A stretch of 64,000 bases of DNA, from NCBI GenBank assembly GCA_016196545.1, contig JACPXM010000016.1, forward strand, positions 13,266-77,265, in the 5' to 3' direction. This stretch comes from Candidatus Omnitrophota bacterium (GTDB lineage Bacteria; Omnitrophota; Omnitrophia; Omnitrophales; Aquincolibacteriaceae). Under the pieces are notes generated by a model. The model ran no database searches. It had not been told where the DNA came from and saw nothing but the letters and a program-made list of their open reading frames with translations. The first letter of the stretch is position 1. The number at the start of each line of letters is the position of its first letter. The translations under genes were made by a program, and so were the position numbers. Positions 46,578 to 56,847 of this stretch are shown here, in pieces.

Positions 46578-48805
46578 CGACTTCAGAAATCAAAATAACC
46601 CCGGAGCTGATTCGTGCCCACGGCCTGTCCCCGGAAGAATACGAAAAAATAAAATCCATTCTCAGCCGTGAACCCAATCTCACTGAACTCGGCATGTTTG
46701 GAGTGATGTGGAGTGAACACTGCTCCTATAAAAATTCCAAGCCGATTCTGAAATTATTCCCCACGCAGGGGCCAAAACTTTTGGTGCGTGCGGGTGAAGA
46801 AAATGCGGGGATTATCGATATTGGCGAGGGTTTGGCGATTTGCTTTAAAATTGAAAGTCATAATCATCCTTCTGCGATTGAGCCTTTTCAAGGTGCGGCC
46901 ACCGGCGTCGGCGGGATTCTGCGTGATATTTTTACCATGGGCGCGCGACCCGTCCTCTTAATGAATTCCCTCCGATTTGGAAGCCTCGAGAAACCGCACA
47001 ACCGCCGGCTTTTCCGCGGTGTGGTCGCAGGCATTGCGCATTACGGCAATTGTATCGGCGTTCCCACGCTTGGCGGAGAAGTCTATTTTCAAAATTGCTA
47101 TGAAGGTAATCCTCTTGTCAATGTGATGTGCCTCGGTATTGTAAACAAAGATGCCATTGTGAAAGGCAAGGCGAGCGGCGGTGGAAATCCGGTTTATTAT
47201 GTGGGAGCGACGACCGGACGGGATGGCCTTGGCGGTGCAGCCTTTGCGTCCCGTGAGCTTACCGAAGAAAGTCAGGAAGACCGTCCCGCCGTACAGGTCG
47301 GGGATCCTTTTATGGAAAAACTTTTGCTCGAAGCCTGCCTTGAACTCACTCAAACGGACGCGCTTGTTGGGATGCAGGACTTGGGTGCTGCGGGTCTCAC
47401 TTGCGGAACTTGCGAAACCGCCAGCCGCGGGCATTCCGGGATTCAAATTGACATCGCAAAGGTCCCGCGCCGCGAGACCGAAATGACGCCTTATGAAGTC
47501 ATGCTCTCCGAATCTCAGGAGCGTATGTTCATCATTGCCAAACGTGGAAAGGAAAAAATCGTCGAAGATATTTTCACGAAATGGGATTTGCACGCGGTGA
47601 AGATTGGGGAAGTCAAAGACGGAAACGAGATGCGCGTTTTTGAGGAAGGCCGCCTTGTGGCAGAGGTTCCGGCCCGCGCTCTCGCGGATGAGGGGCCTGT
47701 CTATCGGCGTGAAGAAAAAGAACCCGGTTATCTGAAGGCATTGCAAAAACTCGATCTTTCGAAAATCACGGAACCTAAAGACTTTCAAGAAGTTCTGAAG
47801 AAATTTTTGAGTCATCCCAGCATTGCCTCGAAGGCCTGGGTGTGGCAGCAATACGATCACATGGTCCGAACCGATACAGTGTTTTATCCGGGCCATGATG
47901 CAGCCCTTATTCGAATTAAGGGAACGCAAAAAGGGATCGCGGTTTCTACGGATTGCAATAGTCTGTACTGCTATCTCGATCCCTATGAAGGCGGAAAAAT
48001 CGCAGTTGCCGAGGCCGCCCGCAATGTGGCCTGCTCCGGCGCGGTTCCGATCGGCGTGACAAATTGCCTCAATTTCGCCAATCCCATGAAGCCGGAAATC
48101 TTCTGGCAATTTCACAGGGCCGTAGAAGGTATGGCGGAAGCCTGTCGAGCGTTGAAGATCCCTGTCACCGGTGGCAATGTCAGCTTTTATAATGAAAGCC
48201 CCGCGGGGGCGATTTATCCCACGCCGACGGTTGGCGTGGCGGGGCTGCTTGAAAATATTGAAAATCGCGTACCCTCCTTTTTTCAAAATGAAGGGGATTT
48301 GATTTTTCTCTTAGGAGAAACCTTTGAAGAAATCGGAGGAACCTTTTATCTGACGGTCTGGCATGGTTTGGAACAGGGCCTGCCGCCAAGGCTAGAGCTT
48401 GATCGTGAAGTCCGGCTTCAGGAATTTATTTTAGAACAGGCCCGTGCGTCGCGCCTCGTCTCTTGCCACGATCTCTCCGAAGGTGGCCTGGCCTTGGCGC
48501 TGGCAGAATCCACGTTTAATCCCGCAAAAAGTATGGGGGCCATTTGCGATCATTTGGATTTAATCCCTGCGAAGATTCGCGAGGATGCGCTTTATTTCGG
48601 TGAAAGCCAATCCCGGGCCGTGATTTCGGTGCATCCCGAAGATAAAGAGGCGGTGATTCAGGCAGCGCAGCATCACAAGCTTCCGATTTATTTAATCGGA
48701 AAAGTGGACGGGAATTTACTGCAAATCGGTGATAGAATCCGATTGTCGGTAAGCGAGCTCCGTAGTCTTTATGAAAATGCGATTCCGGAAAAGATGAAAA
48801 CTTAG
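46574..48805 (+). CDS. purL: phosphoribosylformylglycinamidine synthase subunit PurL
   Basis: About 744 aa. Motifs [15 protein letters not shown] and GDPF. ATGA overlap with purQ; an alternative ATG lies at 46568. Confidence 0.93.
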   Translation: MTTSEIKITPELIRAHGLSPEEYEKIKSILSREPNLTELGMFGVMWSEHCSYKNSKPILKLFPTQGPKLLVRAGEENAGIIDIGEGLAICFKIESHNHPSAIEPFQGAATGVGGILRDIFTMGARPVLLMNSLRFGSLEKPHNRRLFRGVVAGIAHYGNCIGVPTLGGEVYFQNCYEGNPLVNVMCLGIVNKDAIVKGKASGGGNPVYYVGATTGRDGLGGAAFASRELTEESQEDRPAVQVGDPFMEKLLLEACLELTQTDALVGMQDLGAAGLTCGTCETASRGHSGIQIDIAKVPRRETEMTPYEVMLSESQERMFIIAKRGKEKIVEDIFTKWDLHAVKIGEVKDGNEMRVFEEGRLVAEVPARALADEGPVYRREEKEPGYLKALQKLDLSKITEPKDFQEVLKKFLSHPSIASKAWVWQQYDHMVRTDTVFYPGHDAALIRIKGTQKGIAVSTDCNSLYCYLDPYEGGKIAVAEAARNVACSGAVPIGVTNCLNFANPMKPEIFWQFHRAVEGMAEACRALKIPVTGGNVSFYNESPAGAIYPTPTVGVAGLLENIENRVPSFFQNEGDLIFLLGETFEEIGGTFYLTVWHGLEQGLPPRLELDREVRLQEFILEQARASRLVSCHDLSEGGLALALAESTFNPAKSMGAICDHLDLIPAKIREDALYFGESQSRAVISVHPEDKEAVIQAAQHHKLPIYLIGKVDGNLLQIGDRIRLSVSELRSLYENAIPEKMKT

Positions 48806-48818
48806 CAGGGAATGATGT

Positions 48819-50231
48819 ATGAGCGGCGAAAATATTAAAGATCATTGTGGAGTCTTCGGGATTTTTAATCATCCTGAAGCGGCGCGCATCACCTATCTGG
48901 GGCTTTTTGCGCTTCAGCACCGGGGTGAGGAGGCCGCCGGAATTTGTACCAGCGATGGGGAGAACCTTCATTTATACAAGAACCGCGGTTTGGTGGGAGA
49001 GGTGTTCCAGGAGGAGCATATGGCCAAACTCCCGGGTCATCTTGCGATAGGTCATACACGTTATTCCACCACCGGCTCTTCGACCTTGATCAATGCCCAG
49101 CCGTATCAAGTCGATTATTCCCGCGGGCAAGTGGCCGTGGCCCATAACGGGAATCTTGTAAATGCTCAAATCTTGCGCGCAGAACTTGAGGCCTATGGCT
49201 CCATTTTCGGTTCCACGATGGATTCTGAAATCTTTGTCCATTTAATGGCGAATCCTGCTTACCGTTCTGTGGAGGAAGCCATCATCGAATCGATAAAGAA
49301 GGTTGAGGGTGCCTTCAGCCTCGTCATTCTCAAAGAAAAAATGCTCGTGGGAGTGCGCGATCCTTACGGGTTTAGACCGCTTTGCTTTGGAAAGCTCGGA
49401 AATTCCTATGTCTTGGCCTCTGAAACTTGTGCCTTTGATTTGATTGAAGCCGAATTGATACGGGAGCTTGAGCCGGGTGAGATTTTAATCATTGATGAAA
49501 ACGGGGCACGCAGTTTCTTTCCGTTTAAAGAAAAGGGGATTCGCCGCGCGCATTGTATTTTTGAACATGTGTATTTTGCGCGGCCGGATTCTACGATTTT
49601 CGGGGATAATGTTGGATTGGTGCGCGAAAAGCTGGGGCGCACGCTTGCCAAAGAACAACCCGCAAAGGCGGATATTGTGATTCCAGTGCCGGACTCGGGC
49701 AATTTTGCGGCGATGGGATTTGCCAAGGAATCCGGAATCCCGCTAGCCCACGGGTTTACGCGCAATCACTATATCGGCCGTACCTTTATCAGCCCTTCGC
49801 AGGCCGCTCGATCCCTTAAAGTGAAAATCAAATTGAATCCCATTCGAGAGGTCATTGACGGAAAACGCGTGGTCGTGGTCGATGATTCCGTGGTACGCGG
49901 CAATACGGCGAAATCGCGCGTCAAGCTCCTTCGCAGGGCGGGCGCCCGGGAGGTGCATATGCGCATCAGCTGCCCGCCGCATATTTCCCCGTGCTATTAC
50001 GGCATTGATTTTCCCTCCAAGGCCGAACTCTTGGCCTGCAATAATTCCATGGAAGAGATTAAAAAATTTTTGAACGTGGATTCCATTGGTTATTTGAGCC
50101 TCGAGGGAATGCTTTCTGCGACCACCCGAAAACCCGGAGACTTTTGCCACGCCTGTTTTTCCGGTCAATACCCCACCCCCTTATTTGACGAAGTCGACAA
50201 ACTCAAACTCGAAAAAAAACGAAGCAGTTAA
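48819..50231 (+). CDS. purF: amidophosphoribosyltransferase
   Basis: N-terminal nucleophile region DHCGVFGIF, PRPP site VVVDDSVVRGNT, and C-terminal Fe-S cysteines. Confidence 0.93.
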   Translation: MSGENIKDHCGVFGIFNHPEAARITYLGLFALQHRGEEAAGICTSDGENLHLYKNRGLVGEVFQEEHMAKLPGHLAIGHTRYSTTGSSTLINAQPYQVDYSRGQVAVAHNGNLVNAQILRAELEAYGSIFGSTMDSEIFVHLMANPAYRSVEEAIIESIKKVEGAFSLVILKEKMLVGVRDPYGFRPLCFGKLGNSYVLASETCAFDLIEAELIRELEPGEILIIDENGARSFFPFKEKGIRRAHCIFEHVYFARPDSTIFGDNVGLVREKLGRTLAKEQPAKADIVIPVPDSGNFAAMGFAKESGIPLAHGFTRNHYIGRTFISPSQAARSLKVKIKLNPIREVIDGKRVVVVDDSVVRGNTAKSRVKLLRRAGAREVHMRISCPPHISPCYYGIDFPSKAELLACNNSMEEIKKFLNVDSIGYLSLEGMLSATTRKPGDFCHACFSGQYPTPLFDEVDKLKLEKKRSS

Positions 50232-50252
50232 TAATTTGTATAGGGAGCTTTA

Positions 50253-51284
50253 ATGGCGAAGGCCTGGAGTTATGAAAAGGCAGGTGTGCCTCATTTAAAA
50301 GGGGATCCTTCCTACAATCAAAAAATTACAAGACTTATACGCTCGACTACGATTCCCGGCGTTCGGGGGTCGGCCACGGGATTTGCCGCGCTATTTGATC
50401 TCAATGAAAGCGTTGGGGTCGACCGCAATGTCCCCCTCCTTGTCGCCTCGACCGATGGGGTGGGTACAAAATTGGAAATCGCGAGACTTCAAGGACGGCA
50501 TGACACGATTGGTATTGATCTTGTCGCCATGTGCGTTAATGATATTATCACCTGTGGCGCAAAGCCTATTTTTTTTCTGGATTATTTTGCCTCCGGAAAA
50601 TTCGAGCCCCGAATCCTCAATCAGGTGTTAAAGGGGATTACGAGCGGTTGCCGCCAAGCTGGCTGTGCCTTGGTGGGCGGGGAAACGGCGATTATGCCTG
50701 GATTTTACTCACATCAAAAAAACCCTGCTGCCGGCTTGTATGATATCGCGGGGTTTGCAGTCGGTGTCGTCGATCGTCACAAGGTCATTGACGGAAAATC
50801 GATACGGGAAGGCGATATCCTTTTAGGCGTGGCTTCCTCGGGATTTCATTCCAATGGGTATTCGCTGCTTCGAAAAATTTTTAACGAGCATGAGCTTCGC
50901 GGAAAAATCGGCCGCCAACTCCTGACGCCAACCCGGATTTATGTGCGGCCTGTTTTGGAATTACTCCGGCAAATGCCGCTGCGTGGAATTGTCAATATCA
51001 CGGGCGGCGGGTTGATTGACAATCTTCCGCGCGTGATCCCTGCCGGGCTTCGCCCCACGATCCATGAGGGGAATTGGCCAAAACCGAAGCTCTTTGATTT
51101 GGTCGCCGAATCTGGTAACATTACCACTTTTGAAATGATGCGAACATTTAATCTCGGTATTGGTTTGGTTTTGATGATTCGCGCCTCAGACGTAAAAAAA
51201 GCCCAGGCCATTCTCCGAGGCATGCATTTGGCATCGTGGCCCGTGGGAAAAATCACGCGGGGCAAAGGAGTGGAGATTTTATGA
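50253..51284 (+). CDS. purM: phosphoribosylformylglycinamidine cyclo-ligase (AIR synthase)
   Basis: 343 aa. Motifs STDGVGTK, DLVAMCVNDI and GGETA. Confidence 0.93.
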   Translation: MAKAWSYEKAGVPHLKGDPSYNQKITRLIRSTTIPGVRGSATGFAALFDLNESVGVDRNVPLLVASTDGVGTKLEIARLQGRHDTIGIDLVAMCVNDIITCGAKPIFFLDYFASGKFEPRILNQVLKGITSGCRQAGCALVGGETAIMPGFYSHQKNPAAGLYDIAGFAVGVVDRHKVIDGKSIREGDILLGVASSGFHSNGYSLLRKIFNEHELRGKIGRQLLTPTRIYVRPVLELLRQMPLRGIVNITGGGLIDNLPRVIPAGLRPTIHEGNWPKPKLFDLVAESGNITTFEMMRTFNLGIGLVLMIRASDVKKAQAILRGMHLASWPVGKITRGKGVEIL

Positions 51285-52561
51285 AGGTTCTTGTAATTGG
51301 GCAGGGCGGCAGGGAACACGCGCTTGCCCATAAAATTTCAAAAAGCCCTCTTCTTACGAAGCTTTATGCCGCCCCAGGAAATGCGGGCATCTCTCAAATT
51401 GCCGAATGTCACGGTGTGGACACAGATCAGATTGCCGGCCTCCTTGATTTGGCCAAAAAAAATTCTATCGATTTAACCGTCGTGGGGCCGGAGGCCCCGC
51501 TTGCGGCCGGCATTGTTGATGAATTTCAAAAATCAGGACTGTCCATATTTGGTCCCAACCAAGCCGCTGCGATGTTGGAAAGTAGCAAGGCCTTTTCTAA
51601 AGATCAAATGACCAAATTTGGGATTCCGACTGCCGACTATGAAGTTTTTTCCAATATTAATGAAGCCAAGCATTTTATGATTGAAACCGAAATGCCTGTG
51701 GTGGTGAAGGCGGACGGACTTGCGGCGGGGAAGGGTGTGGTGATTTGCCAGTCTTCTCAGGAAGGGGTCGCGGCCCTGACTCAAATGATGAGCGAAGGCG
51801 TTTTTGGGGCGGCCGGGAAAAAAGTCGTGATTGAAAAAGTGCTTGAAGGCGAAGAACTTTCGGTCTTAGCACTTACGGACGGCGAAAAAATTATTCCGCT
51901 CGCCAGCTCACAGGATCACAAAAGGGCTTACGATCATGATCGCGGGCCGAATACGGGGGGTATGGGCGCCTATTCGCCTTGTCCTTTTATTTCGGAAGAA
52001 AAATTCCGGGAGGTTGTGGATCTTACAATACGGCCCATGGTCGCGGGCATGGCTAAGGAAGGGACGCCCTATCGCGGTCTTCTGTATGCCGGTGTGATGA
52101 TGACCCGGCAGGGACCTTTCGTCCTGGAATATAATTGCCGTTTCGGAGACCCCGAGGCGCAGGCCGTGCTCCCGCGTTTAAAATCGGATCTTCTGCCCGT
52201 TCTTGCCGAAATCGCTGGGGGTTCGTTAAAAACTCAAAGCGTCGAATGGTATGATAAATCGTGTCTGGCCGTGGTGCTGGCCTCCGGAGGTTATCCCGGT
52301 TTTTATCATAAGGGATTTAAAATCACGGGGCTTGAGTCGGTGGCAAGCCAGGAAAATATTTTTGTGTTTCACGCCGGAACTGTGAAAGGTCCTCAGGGAG
52401 AATTTTTAACAGCGGGGGGACGTGTGCTCGTTGTGACGGCTTTGGGAGAAAATCTTAAGGCGGCGTATGAGCGCGCCTATCAAGCTGTGGGGCAGATTCA
52501 TTTCGAGGGGGGATTTTACCGCCGCGATATTGGCAGAAGGGGCATGGAGGTATTAAGATGA
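51281..52561 (+). CDS. purD: phosphoribosylamine-glycine ligase
   Basis: Starts MKVLVIGQGGREHALA and has an ATP-grasp core. ATGA overlap with purM; the track start 51236 is rejected. Confidence 0.93.
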   Translation: MKVLVIGQGGREHALAHKISKSPLLTKLYAAPGNAGISQIAECHGVDTDQIAGLLDLAKKNSIDLTVVGPEAPLAAGIVDEFQKSGLSIFGPNQAAAMLESSKAFSKDQMTKFGIPTADYEVFSNINEAKHFMIETEMPVVVKADGLAAGKGVVICQSSQEGVAALTQMMSEGVFGAAGKKVVIEKVLEGEELSVLALTDGEKIIPLASSQDHKRAYDHDRGPNTGGMGAYSPCPFISEEKFREVVDLTIRPMVAGMAKEGTPYRGLLYAGVMMTRQGPFVLEYNCRFGDPEAQAVLPRLKSDLLPVLAEIAGGSLKTQSVEWYDKSCLAVVLASGGYPGFYHKGFKITGLESVASQENIFVFHAGTVKGPQGEFLTAGGRVLVVTALGENLKAAYERAYQAVGQIHFEGGFYRRDIGRRGMEVLR

Positions 52562-53055
52562 CTGGGAAGGTCGCCATTTTAATGGGAAGCGATTCAGATT
52601 TGGAAATTATGAAAGAAGCTTGTGAGGCCTTAAAAGAGTTTGGAATCGACTATGATATTCAGGTCCTTTCCGCACACCGAAGTCCCGAGCTCGTTAGTGA
52701 GTTTGTCAAAAACGCCAAGGCTAAAGGCTATCGTGTGTTAATTGCAGGCGCTGGCGGCGCTGCGCATCTTGCCGGCATTTGTGCTGCTCATACGACGCTA
52801 CCCGTCATCGGAGTTCCTATTGCCTCAACCCCCTTAAACGGTTTTGATGCGCTGCTTGCGACGGTTCAAATGCCGGCCGGGATTCCCGTTGCCACCACTG
52901 CGATTGGCAAAGCAGGTGCGAGAAACGCGGGAATTCTCGCGGCCCAAATACTGGGTATTGGCGACAAATCTGTGGAAGAAAAACTAATTCAATTCAAGAA
53001 AAAACTGGCGGAGAGTGTCCGAGCCAAAAATGAGAATCTGAAGCAAAGCATTTGA
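52558..53055 (+). CDS. purE: 5-(carboxyamino)imidazole ribonucleotide mutase (class I PurE)
   Basis: Motifs ILMGSDSD, SAHRSP and AGGAAHLAG. No purK in the window. Confidence 0.9.
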   Translation: MTGKVAILMGSDSDLEIMKEACEALKEFGIDYDIQVLSAHRSPELVSEFVKNAKAKGYRVLIAGAGGAAHLAGICAAHTTLPVIGVPIASTPLNGFDALLATVQMPAGIPVATTAIGKAGARNAGILAAQILGIGDKSVEEKLIQFKKKLAESVRAKNENLKQSI

Positions 53056-54110
53056 AAACGACCGTTCTTGTTAAATTAGATGTTCGTGATCCCAATTTGT
53101 CCAAATTAAGGGAAGTGGTCCGTGGCGCCAGGGACGGAAAAATCGTTGCGTTTCCCACGGAAACCGTTTATGGCATCGGCGGTCCCATGAGTGTCCCAAA
53201 GATTTCACAAACTCTTGCTGAAATTAAAAAGAGAACACTCGACAAACCCTTTTCCTATCACATTGGCGATTGGGGGATGGTGGATTTGCTCGGCGTGAAA
53301 CGCACGCCCGCATTTCGCTTTCTTTCTCGCTCCTTTTGGCCCGGTCCCGTCACTTTAGTGGCCGAGACAAATCGCGGCGACAAAATTGGATTGCGCTATC
53401 CCCGGGCTCGTCTTGCGCTTGCTTTAATCAATGCCTCCGGAGAGCCCTTTGTAGCGACGAGCGCCAATATCAGCGGTCAGCCCTCCCCCCGCTCCGCGGA
53501 AGAGGTCATGAAACAACTGAGTGGACAAATCGACTATTTGATTGATGGAGGACCTTGTGATCAGGGAGAAGACTCTACCGTCGTGGATGCCAGCGTGGGA
53601 AAACCGGAAATTTTAAGGCGAGGCGCGCTTGTAACGGAGGTCGAAAAGGCCCTTGAGAAAATTTATCGCGGTAAATTTCCCCGAAAAAAAATTCTCATTG
53701 TTTGTACGGGAAATTCGTGCCGTTCTCCGATGGCCGCAGGCTGGCTTGCTTCGGAGCTTTTGCGCAAAGGATACGGCGATCAAATTGAAGTGGCGTCCTG
53801 CGGCATCGGCGCCCGGACAGGGTATCCTGCCACGCCGGAGGCCATTCTTGCCATGAAAAATCGAGAAATTGATATTCAGGAGCACCGATCGCGCAGCTGT
53901 ACACGCGATGATATGCTCGATGCGGATATGATTTTTGCCATGAGCGAGGAACATTATCAATTTATTACGGGTATGGTGCCCCAGGCCAAAGAGCGGATTA
54001 AGGTTTTAAATATTCCCGATCCCATCGGTCTTGGAATGATGGTCTATGAAAAAGTCATTGAGGCGATTGAAAAAAAATTGAGAGAAAATTGGAATGAAAT
54101 TATCAACTAA
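53052..54110 (+). CDS. fusion protein: L-threonylcarbamoyladenylate synthase (Sua5/YwlC/TsaC, YrdC domain) + low-molecular-weight protein phosphatase (YwlE-like)
   Basis: N-terminal half AFPTETVYGIGG .. TSANISGQPS. C-terminal half has the CX5R P-loop ILIVCTGNSCRSPMAAGW and the IPDPIG acid loop. Confidence 0.85.
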   Translation: MKTTVLVKLDVRDPNLSKLREVVRGARDGKIVAFPTETVYGIGGPMSVPKISQTLAEIKKRTLDKPFSYHIGDWGMVDLLGVKRTPAFRFLSRSFWPGPVTLVAETNRGDKIGLRYPRARLALALINASGEPFVATSANISGQPSPRSAEEVMKQLSGQIDYLIDGGPCDQGEDSTVVDASVGKPEILRRGALVTEVEKALEKIYRGKFPRKKILIVCTGNSCRSPMAAGWLASELLRKGYGDQIEVASCGIGARTGYPATPEAILAMKNREIDIQEHRSRSCTRDDMLDADMIFAMSEEHYQFITGMVPQAKERIKVLNIPDPIGLGMMVYEKVIEAIEKKLRENWNEIIN

Positions 54111-54561
54111 ACCGTTTAAAATCGCACTTGCTTGTGACCATCGCGGTTTTTTTTTGAAAGAGAAGATCAAAAAATATTTGGAAAAGAAGGGGCATCCAAC
54201 GCTTGATTTCGGCACAGATTCCGAGGTGTCCGTGGATTATCCGGATTATATTCTCAAGGCCGCTGAATCGGTGAGTGATGGCAAGACGGCGCGCGCCATT
54301 GGCATTTGCTATACCGGCATTGGAAGTTCGATCATCGCGAATAAAGTCAAAGGAGTGCGGGCCTCGCTCGTTAAAAGCGTCCGAGAGGCGAAGTTGACAC
54401 GTGCCCACAATAATTCCAATATGCTCATTTTAGGTTCAGGATTTTTAAAAAAGCAAAACATCATTGCCATTTTAGAGGCTTGGTTAAAGACCCCGTTTGA
54501 AGGAGGCCGGCATGAGCGCCGCGTTCACAAAATCAGTAACTATGAAAAAAAACACCTCTGA
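54094..54561 (+). CDS. rpiB: ribose-5-phosphate isomerase B
   Basis: [21 protein letters not shown] .. [14 protein letters not shown]. Confidence 0.9.
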   Translation: MKLSTKPFKIALACDHRGFFLKEKIKKYLEKKGHPTLDFGTDSEVSVDYPDYILKAAESVSDGKTARAIGICYTGIGSSIIANKVKGVRASLVKSVREAKLTRAHNNSNMLILGSGFLKKQNIIAILEAWLKTPFEGGRHERRVHKISNYEKKHL

Positions 54562-55816
54562 TTCATTCCTTGCCCCGCAAGATCCTGAAATTTATGAAGC
54601 GATTAAGGGGGAACTCCGCCGTCAAAATGAAAATATCGAATTGATTGCCAGTGAGAATTTTACATCTCCCGCAGTTTTGGAAGCGGCGGGGTCTGTGCTT
54701 ACGAATAAATATGCGGAAGGTTATCCCTCGAAGCGCTGGTATGGTGGCTGCGAGCATGTGGATGTGGTGGAGCGTCTGGCGATTGATCGGGCGAAAGCGC
54801 TTTTTGGCGCGGAAAGCGCCAATGTTCAACCTCATTCTGGGACTTCAGCTAATATCGCCGTTTTTCTGGCCTTGTTGCAAAACGGAGCCAAAATTCTTGC
54901 GATGGATCTCTCTCATGGGGGGCATCTTTCGCATGGTCATAAAATGAATTTCTCCGGGAAATTTTATGAAATTATTCCTTACGGGGTTAGTCCTAAAGAC
55001 GAACGCATTGATTATAATGAAGTGGAGCGTCTTGCCGTGCAGCATAAGCCGGCCATGCTCTTGCTCGGGGCCTCAGCCTATCCGCGCATCATCGACTTTA
55101 AACGCGGACGTCAAATCGCGGATAAGGTCGGAGCGCTTTTGATGGTGGATATGGCCCATTTCGCGGGCCTTGTGGCCTCCGGCCATCATCCAAGTCCTGT
55201 TCCTTTTGCAGATGTCGTGACCACAACCACACATAAAACTCTTCGCGGACCACGCGCGGGACTTATTCTCTCCAAAGAAAAATACGCAAAGGCGATTGAT
55301 TCTGCGGTGTTTCCCGGAATTCAAGGAGGGCCCTTGATGCATATTGTGGCTGCCAAGGCGGTTGCGTTAAAAGAGGCCATGAGCCCAGAATTTAAAAAAT
55401 ATGCCGCTCAGGTGATCAAAAACGCTCAAGCGCTCGCGCGTGCGATGGCAGGACGCGGCTATCGCATTGTTTCCGGTGGCACTGATAATCATCTCCTTTT
55501 GGCCGATGTGACGGCAAAGGGATTTACGGGCAAGGACGTTCAGGACCTTTTGGATCGTGTTCGGATTACCGTCAATAAAAATATGATTCCTTTCGACAAA
55601 GAATCTCCCTTTAAGGGCTCCGGCATTCGTCTGGGAACCCCTGCGGTCACCACGCGCGGTATGGTAGAAAAGGAAATGGAGGAAATTGCCGGACTTATTG
55701 ATCAAACTCTCAAAGCACCCGGTTCCGAGGAAAATCTAGACGCAGTGAGGGCTAAAGTGGGTGACCTTACCAAAAATTTCCCCCTTTATTCTCAATTAAT
55801 GGAAAAGTATCAATAA
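54542..55816 (+). CDS. glyA: serine hydroxymethyltransferase
   Basis: Motifs LIASENFTS, and PLP-lysine block [15 protein letters not shown] 54542 is preferred over the track start 54497. Confidence 0.95.
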   Translation: MKKNTSDSFLAPQDPEIYEAIKGELRRQNENIELIASENFTSPAVLEAAGSVLTNKYAEGYPSKRWYGGCEHVDVVERLAIDRAKALFGAESANVQPHSGTSANIAVFLALLQNGAKILAMDLSHGGHLSHGHKMNFSGKFYEIIPYGVSPKDERIDYNEVERLAVQHKPAMLLLGASAYPRIIDFKRGRQIADKVGALLMVDMAHFAGLVASGHHPSPVPFADVVTTTTHKTLRGPRAGLILSKEKYAKAIDSAVFPGIQGGPLMHIVAAKAVALKEAMSPEFKKYAAQVIKNAQALARAMAGRGYRIVSGGTDNHLLLADVTAKGFTGKDVQDLLDRVRITVNKNMIPFDKESPFKGSGIRLGTPAVTTRGMVEKEMEEIAGLIDQTLKAPGSEENLDAVRAKVGDLTKNFPLYSQLMEKYQ

Positions 55817-55875
55817 AAAATCGAAGCTCAAAAGGAAAAATTTTTGCCCTTTGACTTTTAACTTTTGAATTTATT

Positions 55876-56331
55876 ATGCGCTGCCCTTTCTGTAAAAAAG
55901 AAAATGATAAGGTGATTGATTCTCGGAGCGGAAATGAGGGGACGGTCATCCGCCGCCGCCGGGAATGCGAGGCCTGCGGGAAACGTTACACAACGTATGA
56001 GCGCATTGAGGAAATGCCGCTTTATATCATCAAAAAGGATAGAAGGCGCGAACCTTATGACAGGACTAAGATATTAGCGGGTATTCACAAGGCCTTTGAA
56101 AAACGCCCCATTCCGCTTGAGCAGCAGGACAAAATTGCCGACGAGTTGGAAAAGATGATTCGGGAAAAGTATGACAAGGAAGTCCCTTCTTACGTTGTAG
56201 GAGAGTTCATTATGCAAAGGCTTGCGAAGATAGATCAAGTGGCCTATGTGCGCTTTGCCAGCGTTTATCATGAATTCCAGGACATCGGGCACTTTATGAA
56301 GGAACTCAAAGGGCTTTTATCGGCCAAATAA
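55876..56331 (+). CDS. nrdR: transcriptional repressor NrdR
   Basis: Zn ribbon MRCPFCKKENDKVIDSR .. CEACGKRYTTYE followed by an ATP-cone. Confidence 0.93.
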   Translation: MRCPFCKKENDKVIDSRSGNEGTVIRRRRECEACGKRYTTYERIEEMPLYIIKKDRRREPYDRTKILAGIHKAFEKRPIPLEQQDKIADELEKMIREKYDKEVPSYVVGEFIMQRLAKIDQVAYVRFASVYHEFQDIGHFMKELKGLLSAK

Positions 56332-56355
56332 GAAGCATTGAAGAATTAAAAACTA

Positions 56356-56383
56356 TTGACGATACTTGCAGTGTCTGTATACA
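56356..56383 (+). promoter_or_regulatory. putative promoter of the SWIB gene, overlapped by a 6-bp inverted repeat
   Basis: TTGACG, 16-nt spacer, TATACA. The inverted repeat CAGTGT-ctgtat-ACACTG (56369-56386) spans the -10 hexamer. Confidence 0.45.
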
Positions 56384-56421
56384 CTGTTTCATCGCCCATA
56401 ATTAAAAAGGAGATTTAAGAT

Positions 56422-56676
56422 ATGGCAAAAGCCAATTCAGCGTTCATGAAACCCCTTACGATAAGTTCTGAGCTTGCGGCGGTCGTAGGCTCCGGTCCGA
56501 TGCCTCGCAGTGAAGTGGTTAAGAAGCTCTGGGAATACATCCGCAAAAATGGTCTTCAGGATAGCGCGAACAAGCGCAACATTAATGCTGACAGCAAGTT
56601 AAAAGTAATTTTTGGCGGCAAAGGTGTTGTCAATATGTTCGAAATGAATAAGCTGGTCTCAAAGCACCTTTCCTAA
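56422..56676 (+). CDS. SWIB/MDM2-domain protein
   Basis: 84 aa. ISSELAAVVGSGPMPRSEVVKKLWEYIRKNGLQDSANKRNINADSKLKVIFG. Confidence 0.85.
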   Translation: MAKANSAFMKPLTISSELAAVVGSGPMPRSEVVKKLWEYIRKNGLQDSANKRNINADSKLKVIFGGKGVVNMFEMNKLVSKHLS

Positions 56677-56695
56677 TTTTCTGACCGTCAGAAAA

Positions 56696-56755
56696 GCCGA
56701 GTATTGATACACAGGGAACCTCGAGGTTTCATCGGGTATCGATACCCGGCTTTTT
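56696..56755 (+). terminator. rho-independent terminator after the SWIB gene
   Basis: Long imperfect stem GCCGAGTATTGATAC / GTATCGATACCCGGC with an inner palindrome GAACCTCGAGGTTTC, followed by TTTTT. Confidence 0.75.
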
Positions 56756-56847
56756 GAGTCTTAGGAGTTGAATGCCTAGGGAGCGTATGTTACCATAAGC
56801 ACGTCTCTTCAAACGTGATGGGATAAATTCCATTTCTGGAGGAATTC

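Noticed and set aside
46958-48286. 442-aa minus-strand ORF
   Set aside because: It is entirely antisense to purL, which has unambiguous family motifs. The product is low-complexity and Arg-rich, typical of a shadow ORF.
56369-56386. NrdR box at the SWIB promoter (adjacent to nrdR)
   Set aside because: NrdR boxes are ACAC..GTGT-type 16-bp palindromes. This element is GTGT..ACAC, the opposite polarity, with different spacing. It is kept only as an unknown palindrome.
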